Assembly: GCA_964655615.1 (NCBI GenBank)
Contig: CAZZPZ010000001.1
Span: forward strand, 97,406 to 161,405
Reading direction: 5' to 3'
Length of the DNA stretch: 64,000 nucleotides
Source: an uncultured Paludibacter sp.
GTDB lineage: Bacteria; Bacteroidota; Bacteroidia; Bacteroidales; Paludibacteraceae
Below, piece by piece: positions 35,627 to 44,936 of the stretch. The notes under the pieces were generated by a model. The model did no database searches. It was given only the letters and a program-made list of their open reading frames with translations, and was not told the origin of the DNA. The position numbers were made by a program, and so were the translations under genes. The stretch's first letter is position 1; each line of letters starts with the position of its first letter.

Positions 35627-38600
35627 ATGGCAAAAACAAAAAAATTTCTTACATGTGATGGTAATCATGCCGCCGCGCATGTATCTTACATTTTCAGTGA
35701 AGTTTCTGCAATTTACCCAATTTCTCCTTCATCCAACATGGCTGAATATGTTGATGAATGGGCAGCAAATGGTCGTTTGAACATGTTTGGGGAAAAATTA
35801 CAAGTTCAAGAAATGCAATCTGAAGGTGGTGCAGCTGCTGCAATGCATGGTGCATTGCAAGCTGGAGCTCTAACATCAACATATACTGCTTCTCAGGGTC
35901 TTATGTTAATGATTCCAAATATGTATAAAATGGCTGGAGAATTACTTCCAGGCGTTTTTCACGTATCTGCACGTGCATTGGCAGCTCAAGCACTTTCTAT
36001 CTTTGGTGATCATCAGGACGTGATGGCAGTTCGCCAAACCGGTTGTGCTTTATTTGCTTCAGGATCTATTCAAGAAGTTATGGATCTTGCTGCAGTTGCT
36101 CATTTATCTGCAATTAAATCAAGAATTCCTTTCGTTCATTTCTTTGACGGATTCCGTACTTCTCACGAAATTCAAAAAATTGAAGAAATTGACAGAGAAG
36201 CATTAATTGGACTAGTAGACCAACAAGCTTTGGCTGAATTTAGAAGCAGAGCATTAAATTCTGAAGCACCTGTGCTAAGAGGTACTGCTCAAAACCCAGA
36301 CATCTATTTCCAAGCAAGGGAAGCTGCTAATCCATTTTACGATGCAGTTCCGGGAATTGTAGAAAATTACCTGAACGAATTAGGAAAAATTACGGGTAGA
36401 CATTATAAATTGTTTGATTATTACGGAGCTGAAGATGCAGACAGAATAGTAATCGCTATGGGTTCATCTACTGAGACTATTCGTGAAACAATTGACTACA
36501 TGGTTAAAAATGGTGAGAAAGTTGGTTTGATTGCAGTACATTTATACAGACCATTCTCAGCCAAACATTTCTTGGCTGCTCTTCCTAAAACGACTAAGAG
36601 AATTTGTGTTTTAGATAGAACAAAAGAACCTGGAGCTCCTGGTGAACCTTTATATCTTGATGTTAAAGACTGTCTTTACGAAGCAGAAGATCGTCCATTG
36701 GTAGTGGGTGGTCGTTATGGTTTATCATCCAAAGACTTTACTCCTGCTCAAGTATTAAGTGTATTTGAAAATTTAAGTCTTCCTTCTCCAAGAAACGGAT
36801 TTACAGTTGGTATCGTTGATGATGTTACCTTCACTTCATTGCCAATGAAGGAAGAAATTTCATTAAACGATACTGGTATTTATGAAGCTAAATTCTATGG
36901 TTTAGGTGCAGATGGTACTGTAGGTGCTAATAAAAACTCAATTAAGATTATTGGAGACAATACAGATAAATATTCTCAAGCTTATTTCGAATATGATTCT
37001 AAGAAATCAGGTGGTTTCACTTGTTCACACTTAAGATTTGGTGATTCCCCTATTCGTTCAACCTATTTTGTAACTACACCAGATTTCGTAGCTTGTCACG
37101 TACAAGCATACCTTCGTTTATATGATGTAACCAAAGGTTTAAAGAAAAATGGTACAATGTTGTTGAACACCGTTTGGACTCCCGACGAAGTCAGACAAAA
37201 CCTTCCTGTAAATGTAAAAAAACATTTAGCTGCCAATAATATCACACTTTATATTATTAATGCAACTAAAATCGCTCAGGAAATTGGTTTAGGCCATAGA
37301 ACAAATACTATTTTACAATCAGCCTTCTTTAAAATTGCCAACGTAATTCCTTATGATTTGGCAGTAGATCAAATGAAAAAAGCGATTGTGAAATCATATG
37401 GTAAAAAAGGACAGGAAATCGTTGATAAAAACTATGCTGCTGTTGATCGCGGTGGAGAATACACTCGTGTAGATATACCTGCAGAATGGGCAAATCTAGC
37501 AGATGAGAACGAAGTTGTAAATCCTAACTTCCCTGAATTTGTAAAAAGCATCGTGGTACCGGTTAATGCTCAATCTGGTAATGACATTCCTGTATCTGCC
37601 TTTACAGGTAGAGAGGATGGTACTTGGGATCAAGGAACTGCAAAATTCGAGAAACGTGGTGTAGCCTCCAGAGTTCCAGTTTGGAAAATGGAAAACTGTA
37701 TACAATGTAACCAATGTGCTTATGTTTGCCCTCACGCTGCAATTCGTCCATTTATCTTGGATCAAAACGAACAAGCAAATGCACCTTTTGATTCATTAAA
37801 AGCTGTTGGTAAACAATTTGCCGATATGACATTCCGCATCCAAGTTGACGTTCTTGACTGTATGGGTTGTGATAACTGTGCTGATGTTTGTCCAGGAAAT
37901 AAAAATGGAAAAGCTTTGGATATGGTGCCAATTGAAACACAATATGATAATCAAGCTAATTGGGATTATTGTGTGGATCAGGTGAAAACCAAACAACATT
38001 TGGTAGATGTGAAATCAAATGTTAAATTCTCTCAGCTAGCAACTCCATTGTTTGAATTCTCAGGCGCTTGTTCTGGTTGTGGTGAAACTCCATATGTAAA
38101 ACTAGTAACACAATTATTTGGTGATCGTCAAATGATTGCAAATGCAACAGGTTGTAGTTCAATTTACTCCGCCTCTGCCCCATCAACTCCATATACTACT
38201 GATGACAATGGTCGTGGTCCAGCTTGGGCAAACTCATTGTTTGAAGACAATGCTGAGTTTGGTTTAGGTATGTTGTTTGCTAATGAGCAACTTCGTGATC
38301 GTATTGAGCGATTAATGAAATCTGCTTTGGCTGAAAAATGTTGTTCTGAAGAATTACAAGAATTATTTACTCAATGGATTGCCAATAAAGAAGATGGTGA
38401 TGAAACGTTGATTTTATCTAAAAAGATTAAACCATTACTTAAATCAGAAACATGTTCTTATTGCAAGGAAATTGATGGTTTAAGTAAGTATTTAGTTAAA
38501 CAATCACAATGGATTATTGGTGGTGATGGTTGGGCTTACGATATTGGTTTCGGTGGACTAGACCACGTGATTGCATCTGGTAAAAATGTAAACATCTTGG

Positions 38601-39163
38601 TATTGGATACTGAAGTTTATTCCAACACAGGTGGTCAAGCATCAAAATCTACTCCAGTAGCTGCTGTAGCTAAATTTGCTGCCGCTGGTAAAAGAATCCG
38701 TAAGAAAGATTTGGGTATGATTGCTGCTACTTATGGTTATGTATACGTTGCACAAGTTGCAATGGGAGCTAATCAAGCACAAACTCTGAAAGCCATTCGT
38801 GAAGCAGAAGCATATGATGGACCATCTATCGTTATTGCATATTCACCATGTATTAGCCACGGTTTAAGAAAAGGTATGGGTAAGGCAAACGAAGAAGAGA
38901 AAATGGCTGTAGAATCTGGATACTGGCATTTGTATCGTTACAATCCTGCTTTAGAACTTGAAGGTAAAAATCCAATGCAGCTTGATTCAAAAGAGCCTAA
39001 TTGGGAATTATTCAAGGATTTCTTAAGATTGGAAGTTCGTTATACTTCATTAGAAAAACAATTCCCACAAGAAGCTATAGAATTGTTTGCTGCTGCTGAA
39101 GAGAATGCTAAATGGCGTTTTAACACATACAAACGTATGTCAGAACAGAAATTTGGGGAGTAA
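35627..39163 (+). CDS. nifJ: Pyruvate:ferredoxin (flavodoxin) oxidoreductase
   Basis: DGNHAAA, YPISPSS, EMQSEGGAA, GLGADGTVGA, two 4Fe-4S motifs (CIQCNQCAYVCP and CMGCDNCADVCP), FSGACSGCGE and GDGWAYDIG. Start moved from 35579 to ATG 35627. Confidence 0.98.
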   Translation: MAKTKKFLTCDGNHAAAHVSYIFSEVSAIYPISPSSNMAEYVDEWAANGRLNMFGEKLQVQEMQSEGGAAAAMHGALQAGALTSTYTASQGLMLMIPNMYKMAGELLPGVFHVSARALAAQALSIFGDHQDVMAVRQTGCALFASGSIQEVMDLAAVAHLSAIKSRIPFVHFFDGFRTSHEIQKIEEIDREALIGLVDQQALAEFRSRALNSEAPVLRGTAQNPDIYFQAREAANPFYDAVPGIVENYLNELGKITGRHYKLFDYYGAEDADRIVIAMGSSTETIRETIDYMVKNGEKVGLIAVHLYRPFSAKHFLAALPKTTKRICVLDRTKEPGAPGEPLYLDVKDCLYEAEDRPLVVGGRYGLSSKDFTPAQVLSVFENLSLPSPRNGFTVGIVDDVTFTSLPMKEEISLNDTGIYEAKFYGLGADGTVGANKNSIKIIGDNTDKYSQAYFEYDSKKSGGFTCSHLRFGDSPIRSTYFVTTPDFVACHVQAYLRLYDVTKGLKKNGTMLLNTVWTPDEVRQNLPVNVKKHLAANNITLYIINATKIAQEIGLGHRTNTILQSAFFKIANVIPYDLAVDQMKKAIVKSYGKKGQEIVDKNYAAVDRGGEYTRVDIPAEWANLADENEVVNPNFPEFVKSIVVPVNAQSGNDIPVSAFTGREDGTWDQGTAKFEKRGVASRVPVWKMENCIQCNQCAYVCPHAAIRPFILDQNEQANAPFDSLKAVGKQFADMTFRIQVDVLDCMGCDNCADVCPGNKNGKALDMVPIETQYDNQANWDYCVDQVKTKQHLVDVKSNVKFSQLATPLFEFSGACSGCGETPYVKLVTQLFGDRQMIANATGCSSIYSASAPSTPYTTDDNGRGPAWANSLFEDNAEFGLGMLFANEQLRDRIERLMKSALAEKCCSEELQELFTQWIANKEDGDETLILSKKIKPLLKSETCSYCKEIDGLSKYLVKQSQWIIGGDGWAYDIGFGGLDHVIASGKNVNILVLDTEVYSNTGGQASKSTPVAAVAKFAAAGKRIRKKDLGMIAATYGYVYVAQVAMGANQAQTLKAIREAEAYDGPSIVIAYSPCISHGLRKGMGKANEEEKMAVESGYWHLYRYNPALELEGKNPMQLDSKEPNWELFKDFLRLEVRYTSLEKQFPQEAIELFAAAEENAKWRFNTYKRMSEQKFGE

Positions 39164-39173
39164 TAAATAGAAA

Positions 39174-39202
39174 AAGGGTCTGGTAGTAATACCGACCCTC
39201 TT
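39174..39202 (+). terminator. Hairpin after nifJ
   Basis: AGGGTC-T-GGTA-GTAA-TACC-GACCCT stem-loop. Confidence 0.55.
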
Positions 39203-39218
39203 AATAAAATTAGAATTT

Positions 39219-39258
39219 AAACAGGAGGATAATCAATTGGATTACTTCCTGTTTTTTT
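39219..39258. terminator. Bidirectional terminator between nifJ and surE
   Basis: AAACAGGA...TCCTGTTT arms with a T7 tract on the plus strand. Confidence 0.75.
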
Positions 39259-39264
39259 ATTGGA

Positions 39265-40065
39265 CTATTCTTTATTAAATTGGTTTTTTAACTTAATTAG
39301 ATATGCATGGTCTGTCAGATCTACTTTCACTGGAACAACAGACACAAAGCCATGATTCATCGCCCAATCATCCGTATCTTCGGCTTTGGGCTCATGATTC
39401 TCATATTGACCAGTCAACCAGAAATAAGCTCTACCCGCAGGATCAATTCTCTTTGCAAATTCCTGTGTCCATCTACCCTCACATTGTCTGGATATTCTCA
39501 ATCCTTTAATCTCCAATTTTGGAGCATTCACGTTTAAACAAACACCATAAGGTAAGGGGTTTTTCAATTCATTTTCTATTATTTGTTTGATATATGGTCC
39601 AAAATGAGAGAAATCTGCATCATAAGAATAATCATCTATGGACAAGCCAATGGAAGAAATCCCATTTACACAACCTTCTAGTACAGCTCCCATTGTGCCA
39701 GAGTAAATAACATTAATTGCAGCGTTTGAACCATGATTTATACCTGAGAGCAATATATCAGGTTTTTTATCAACAAATAACTCATTCAAAGCCAACTTCA
39801 CACAATCAGTTGGTGTTCCATTGCATGTATAAACTTTTAAACCAGGAACATCTTTGACAAGTTTAAATCTTAGAGGTTGAGAAACAGTGATTGCATTTGA
39901 TTGACCTGACCGAGGACCGTCAGGTGCCATAACTATAACCTCCCCAAATTGTTGGGCAATTTCTGTTAGTACAGAAATACCTTTAGCTTGATCACCATCA
40001 TCATTGGTTATAAAAATAAGTGGTTTTTGCATCTTTATTGAATTTAAATCTAATCTTTTTTTCAT
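39265..40065 (-). CDS. surE: 5'/3'-nucleotidase SurE
   Basis: ITNDDG, APDGPRSGQS, GTPTDCV and SGINHGSN...YSGTMGA motifs. True start is ATG 40065 or 40032. Confidence 0.95.
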   Translation of the reverse strand: MKKRLDLNSIKMQKPLIFITNDDGDQAKGISVLTEIAQQFGEVIVMAPDGPRSGQSNAITVSQPLRFKLVKDVPGLKVYTCNGTPTDCVKLALNELFVDKKPDILLSGINHGSNAAINVIYSGTMGAVLEGCVNGISSIGLSIDDYSYDADFSHFGPYIKQIIENELKNPLPYGVCLNVNAPKLEIKGLRISRQCEGRWTQEFAKRIDPAGRAYFWLTGQYENHEPKAEDTDDWAMNHGFVSVVPVKVDLTDHAYLIKLKNQFNKE

Positions 40066-40117
40066 ATTTTTGCTTTTGTAAAGATAAGAAATCTGCATCT
40101 TCCATTTAGAAATTTAA

Positions 40118-41359
40118 ATGAAAAAATTATTAATCTATATATTATTTTTATTCCCCCTGAATATTTCCGCAATAGATGATATAGAAAGTTTATATAAAAT
40201 ACGTGCTAGTCTTGTTAATGGTAATATCCAATCATTTGGTACCAAAAGATTAGATAATATTATAGGAGAGCCGATAGGAGGCTTTGAGTTTGGATTAAGT
40301 TTTAATTCATCTTTATTATCAAATAATTTATGGCCCTACAGACATAATTATCCTGATTTAAGTATAAATTTCCTTAGTATGAATTTAGGGAATGACTCTA
40401 TTCTTGGTCAAATGTTTAGTTTGTATCCTCAATTAGATTATGAAATCTACAAATGGAAAAGGTTCAAATTCAATTTAACTGGAGGAACGGGGATTTCCTA
40501 CTTAAATAAAACATTTGATAATTCTCTGGTATACAAAGAAGATGGCGTTACCATAGATTTTGACCATAGTAATTCCGCCATAGGATCACATTTTAATATA
40601 CTTTTCACTTTTGGAGGCAATATAGATTATAATGTGAATCAGAATCTTAAATTATTTGCTGGATTAAAGTCCTATCATGTTACCAATGCAAACTTACAAC
40701 AACCCAATGGAGGTTTGAATATATTCACAACCAATTTAGGAGTAATTTATACTCCTAGTACTAAAATAGTCGCTCAAAGGAAAACTTGTTGTGTTCCTGA
40801 TATAGACAAAAAGATCAGTTATGAATTGATCGCATCTGGAGGCAGTCGAGAGTTATATTATAAGATCAATCAACGATTTACAACCGGAAGCTTAACTTTC
40901 TCAGGTTTCAAACCCTTAACAAATTATTTACGAGTTGGTCTTGGTGCTGATTTGTTTTATGATGCAGCGTTTTCCTATTACAATATTGATGATAATCTAA
41001 CTTTTAGAAGAACTTATTTAGTAGCCGACAAGTTTAGTAATAGATTTAGATTTGGAATAAGCATACAACCTGAGATTATTTTTGATAGATTGACAATTGG
41101 ATTACACAATGGTATTTACTTAATTAATCCTATCAAAAATCTAGAGCCATATAAGGATGCACAGATTGGTACTTTCGTAAATAATCCCAAAGGTCTTCTG
41201 TATTTATACAATTTAAATAAAGAAGATGGTTGGCTTTACAGTAGAATTTCGGTAAAATACAAACTAACTGAGAAATACATACTATCTACTGCAATTAAAA
41301 CACACTTAACAAATGCTGAATTTCTTGAGTTTGGGATAGGTTATAGATTCGTTGATTAA
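40118..41359 (+). CDS. Acyloxyacyl hydrolase / PagL-like outer-membrane beta-barrel, paralogue 1
   Basis: Signal peptide, GTGISY, HVTNANLQQPNGGLN PagL-like motif (Thr at the Ser position), a second barrel-like half and C-terminal EFGIGYRF. Confidence 0.7.
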   Translation: MKKLLIYILFLFPLNISAIDDIESLYKIRASLVNGNIQSFGTKRLDNIIGEPIGGFEFGLSFNSSLLSNNLWPYRHNYPDLSINFLSMNLGNDSILGQMFSLYPQLDYEIYKWKRFKFNLTGGTGISYLNKTFDNSLVYKEDGVTIDFDHSNSAIGSHFNILFTFGGNIDYNVNQNLKLFAGLKSYHVTNANLQQPNGGLNIFTTNLGVIYTPSTKIVAQRKTCCVPDIDKKISYELIASGGSRELYYKINQRFTTGSLTFSGFKPLTNYLRVGLGADLFYDAAFSYYNIDDNLTFRRTYLVADKFSNRFRFGISIQPEIIFDRLTIGLHNGIYLINPIKNLEPYKDAQIGTFVNNPKGLLYLYNLNKEDGWLYSRISVKYKLTEKYILSTAIKTHLTNAEFLEFGIGYRFVD

Positions 41360-41385
41360 GTAATTAATTTATTTGCGCTTTTAAA

Positions 41386-42576
41386 ATGAAAAAGCTACTT
41401 ATAATCTGTTTCATATGTAGTTTATTCTTAAAACTAAATGCAATAGACTTTAACATCTCTTCTTTTCAAGTAAATATTGTTCGCGGACAAATCATCTCCC
41501 ATGATCAAAAGATTGACAATTTAAAATCTAATGGTATTTGGGGTGCTGAAATGAATTACTTGTTGCCTTCTAAAGCATTCAAAAACCCATTATTGGGGAT
41601 GTACAATCATCCTGAAGTAGGATTAGGACTCGTATACCTTGATTTGGGAAACCCTGAATTAACTGGCCAATTATTGGCATTATATCCTTATATGAATTGG
41701 AAGGTTTTAAGAACAAATCAGATTCTGATAAATCTTAAGCCAGGTGTTGGAATGAGTTATTTAACACGTTCTTATGATAACACAAATCAGATTAACAAAG
41801 TTATTGGATCTAAACTGAATGTATATTTTGCTCTTGGAGCTAACCTAGAATATAATATTTCAAAGAACCTAAGCATAAGTTGGGATATACATGCCAACCA
41901 TGCATCGAATGGGAATTTTAAAGCACCAAATATTGGTTATAATATTTTAAACAATTCCATTGGTTTGAAATTTTACACCAATTTTGAAGAATATCATCAA
42001 ACTGACAAACCCGTGAACTTATCATCCAAACAGAAGTATCATTTCGAAATTATTGCTTCTGGAGGACGTAAAGAACTGTATTACAAGGAAGATATAGTGT
42101 ATACTACGGGATCTATTGTTTTTGCAGGAGTACGCAATTTCAATCGGATATTTAAAGTTGGCCTAGGAACTGATCTCTTTTATAATCAATCCTATTCAGC
42201 AATTAATATATCCCCCCAACCCGAATTAAACACTACAAGCTATCAAAGGACTTATATTACTGAGGATAAATTCAGTAACAGATTAAGAGTTGGTTTGAGC
42301 ATACAGCCGGAATTGGTTTTCAATAGAGTATCAGCCGGAATACATTTGGGAATTTACCTTTACAATCCTATTCGCAATTTGGAGCCATTTACAGGCTTAG
42401 GAAATTTAGATAAAGGTCTAATATACCCATATGATGTAAATGAAGAGGACGGCTGGTTTTATTCCCGAGCCGCCCTCAAATACAGACTTACTGATGAATT
42501 ATTTATCTCCCTAGGATTAAAGACCCATTTAAACAAATCAGAATTTATTGAATGGGGATTGGGATATAAATTTTAA
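41386..42576 (+). CDS. Acyloxyacyl hydrolase / PagL-like outer-membrane beta-barrel, paralogue 2
   Basis: Signal peptide, GVGMSY, HASNGNFKAPNIGYN PagL-like motif (HxSN intact) and C-terminal EWGLGYKF. Clear block-by-block similarity to paralogue 1. Confidence 0.75.
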   Translation: MKKLLIICFICSLFLKLNAIDFNISSFQVNIVRGQIISHDQKIDNLKSNGIWGAEMNYLLPSKAFKNPLLGMYNHPEVGLGLVYLDLGNPELTGQLLALYPYMNWKVLRTNQILINLKPGVGMSYLTRSYDNTNQINKVIGSKLNVYFALGANLEYNISKNLSISWDIHANHASNGNFKAPNIGYNILNNSIGLKFYTNFEEYHQTDKPVNLSSKQKYHFEIIASGGRKELYYKEDIVYTTGSIVFAGVRNFNRIFKVGLGTDLFYNQSYSAINISPQPELNTTSYQRTYITEDKFSNRLRVGLSIQPELVFNRVSAGIHLGIYLYNPIRNLEPFTGLGNLDKGLIYPYDVNEEDGWFYSRAALKYRLTDELFISLGLKTHLNKSEFIEWGLGYKF

Positions 42577-44811
42577 TTACTTATCTAGTTTCACCAATCT
42601 TTTTTGTGATTTCATCAAATTGCTTGATTGCAAAGCAATGATTTTAGTTTCATTTAAAATACTCAGGTAAAGAATACTATTTCTAGTTCCAGAAGTATTT
42701 CCTTTAGCTCTTTTGATTTGATTTTTAGATGCTTTAGAGAACAAATCAGAAATTAAATGACGTTTCTCCAACATATTATCAAAATTACTGTAATTTCTTG
42801 CTTTAATCATGTTCAAGAAGTCATATGATACATCTATAACAGCATCAGCAAGTGTTTGAAGATCTTCATATTGTTCTTTAGATAAACCTTCATGGTTGTT
42901 ATCAATGAATTTATAGGAAGATTCTGTAATAACTTTGAGTGACTTCGAAATTTCATAAAAATAATCTATGTTTTGTACATAGAACATTCCAATTTCCACT
43001 GAAGCAGATTCTATTCTTTTCAAAGTAGGTACAACCTCGTTGTGTCTTAAGTTTTTATATCGACGATACAAAGCTTCAGACTCTTTATTCAGTTGATGCA
43101 AAAGTCTGCGGTCTTCATGAAATAGACCATCTAAAGTTGATTTAAGAATTCGAACATAAGTTTCAATTGCATTCTCCATTTCAGCAGAGCAAGAAACAAT
43201 TAAATCATGTTCGTTATTAATTTCACGAGAGACAATTTCTTCTTTTTTCTCTTCACGTTTTTTATGAACGATAGCGAATTGTATTAAAAGTAGAACCACC
43301 AAGATCAACATACCGAAAATTGCCCAATTACCACCATACAACAGTACAAAAGCAATTATTAAGGACACTGTAAATGCAACCAATGCAGTAAGGAACCATC
43401 CGCTAATCACTGTGAGCACACCAGTAATACGATAAACAGCACTTTCTCTACCCCATGCTTTATCAGCTAAGGAAGATCCCATAGCAACCATGAAAGTCAC
43501 ATAGGTAGTAGAAAGAGGTAATTTTAATGAAGTCCCTGCACTAATAAGCAAGGCAGCAACAGTTAAATTAACAGAAGCTCTGATTAAGTCGAAAGAAGGA
43601 TTACCTTTCAATGATTCTTTTGACGGTTCAAAACGGCTTGATAGAAAATCCTGAACCTTAACAGGAGTGATCATCTTGAATAATTTTCCAAGACTTAATG
43701 CACGTCGCACCAATGAACGAGAAGCTTGACTTGATGCAAAATTCTCTACTCCATCCCCTTGTCTAGAAAGATCTACTGTGGTTTTGGTAACAGATCTTGA
43801 TTTCTTTGAAAACCATAAGGATAGGATCATAATCAATCCAGCACCAAACAAGAACCTCCAATCTACCTGTACAGGATGACTCAATTCAGTCATATATAAA
43901 TCAGAAAGATTGCCACCATTGGTTACAAAAGCATCGGCAATTTGGAATGAAGACAATCCAGCCATGAATACACCGATGAAATTCACTAAGTCATTGCCCG
44001 CAAAAGCAAGAGCCAATGCTGCAGTTCCCATTAAAATAATAAATTTCAATATATTCGCTTTCAATATATGCTGGAAAAATGCCATTATTGCAGTCCAACC
44101 TACAAAAGTATAGATTAGGAATGAATTCATATGGTCATTTAAAAATGTCAACACATCTTTTGACACCAAAGTGGACCCTTTTAAGCCCTTGAAAATAATG
44201 AAGTAAGTGATAGCTGTCAATGCTAAACCAGACCATACTGCACCTATCCACTTGAAAGATTTTTTGTAGTTGAACGAAAACAATAATCTGGAAAAGTACA
44301 TTACAATAGCTCCCACAATAAATGCAATAACCACTGAAATAAATATACCAGAGATAATTTTGAGTGCTTTTGCTGTATTGATATATTCACCAAGAGTATT
44401 CATGTCAAAATCATTTTGCCAGATTGTGAACAAAGATACAGCAACAGCAGATCCAAGAAGTTCAAACACTAAGGATACTGTTGTAGAAGTAGGTAATCCA
44501 AAAGTGTTGAATACATCGAGGAGTATGACATCTGTAATCATAACTGCCAAGAAAAGAATCATAATATTGCTAAAAGAAAACATTTCAGGGTAGAAAACTC
44601 CATTACGAGCTACTTCCATCATACCACTTGAAAAAAGAGATCCCAACAATACACCTGCCGATGCGACTGTTAGGATCAACCAAACTGGAGCTACTTTTGA
44701 GCCAATACTTGAATTTAGAAAGTTGACTGCATCATTTGATACACCTACAATCAAATCTAGCACGGCTAGACCAAGAAGGGTAATGATGATGACTAAATAA
44801 ATACTATCCAT
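42577..44811 (-). CDS. Inorganic phosphate transporter (PiT/PHO4) with a C-terminal PhoU-like helical domain
   Basis: GVSNDAVNF and FAGNDLVNF signature repeats, PTSTTVSLVF and PLSTTYVTF, followed by a soluble helical C-terminus. Confidence 0.9.
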   Translation of the reverse strand: MDSIYLVIIITLLGLAVLDLIVGVSNDAVNFLNSSIGSKVAPVWLILTVASAGVLLGSLFSSGMMEVARNGVFYPEMFSFSNIMILFLAVMITDVILLDVFNTFGLPTSTTVSLVFELLGSAVAVSLFTIWQNDFDMNTLGEYINTAKALKIISGIFISVVIAFIVGAIVMYFSRLLFSFNYKKSFKWIGAVWSGLALTAITYFIIFKGLKGSTLVSKDVLTFLNDHMNSFLIYTFVGWTAIMAFFQHILKANILKFIILMGTAALALAFAGNDLVNFIGVFMAGLSSFQIADAFVTNGGNLSDLYMTELSHPVQVDWRFLFGAGLIMILSLWFSKKSRSVTKTTVDLSRQGDGVENFASSQASRSLVRRALSLGKLFKMITPVKVQDFLSSRFEPSKESLKGNPSFDLIRASVNLTVAALLISAGTSLKLPLSTTYVTFMVAMGSSLADKAWGRESAVYRITGVLTVISGWFLTALVAFTVSLIIAFVLLYGGNWAIFGMLILVVLLLIQFAIVHKKREEKKEEIVSREINNEHDLIVSCSAEMENAIETYVRILKSTLDGLFHEDRRLLHQLNKESEALYRRYKNLRHNEVVPTLKRIESASVEIGMFYVQNIDYFYEISKSLKVITESSYKFIDNNHEGLSKEQYEDLQTLADAVIDVSYDFLNMIKARNYSNFDNMLEKRHLISDLFSKASKNQIKRAKGNTSGTRNSILYLSILNETKIIALQSSNLMKSQKRLVKLDK

Positions 44812-44813
44812 TA

Positions 44814-44875
44814 TACCGATAATTAAGTTTGTAATGTAAATTTAAAATTAATTTAACCTAAATGTAATATCGGTA
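44814..44875 (-). promoter_or_regulatory. Four 11-bp-spaced TTA(C/A)A(T/A) direct repeats bracketed by an 8-bp inverted repeat, upstream of the Pi transporter
   Basis: Minus strand TTACAT, TTAAAT, TTAAAT and TTACAA, each starting 11 nt apart. TACCGATA/TATCGGTA arms at 44814-44821 and 44868-44875. Confidence 0.45.
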
Positions 44876-44936
44876 GCGAAGATAATAAAAATAGACACAA
44901 GTCTAAAGAAAGTACGTTAACTTTCTTGAATAAATA

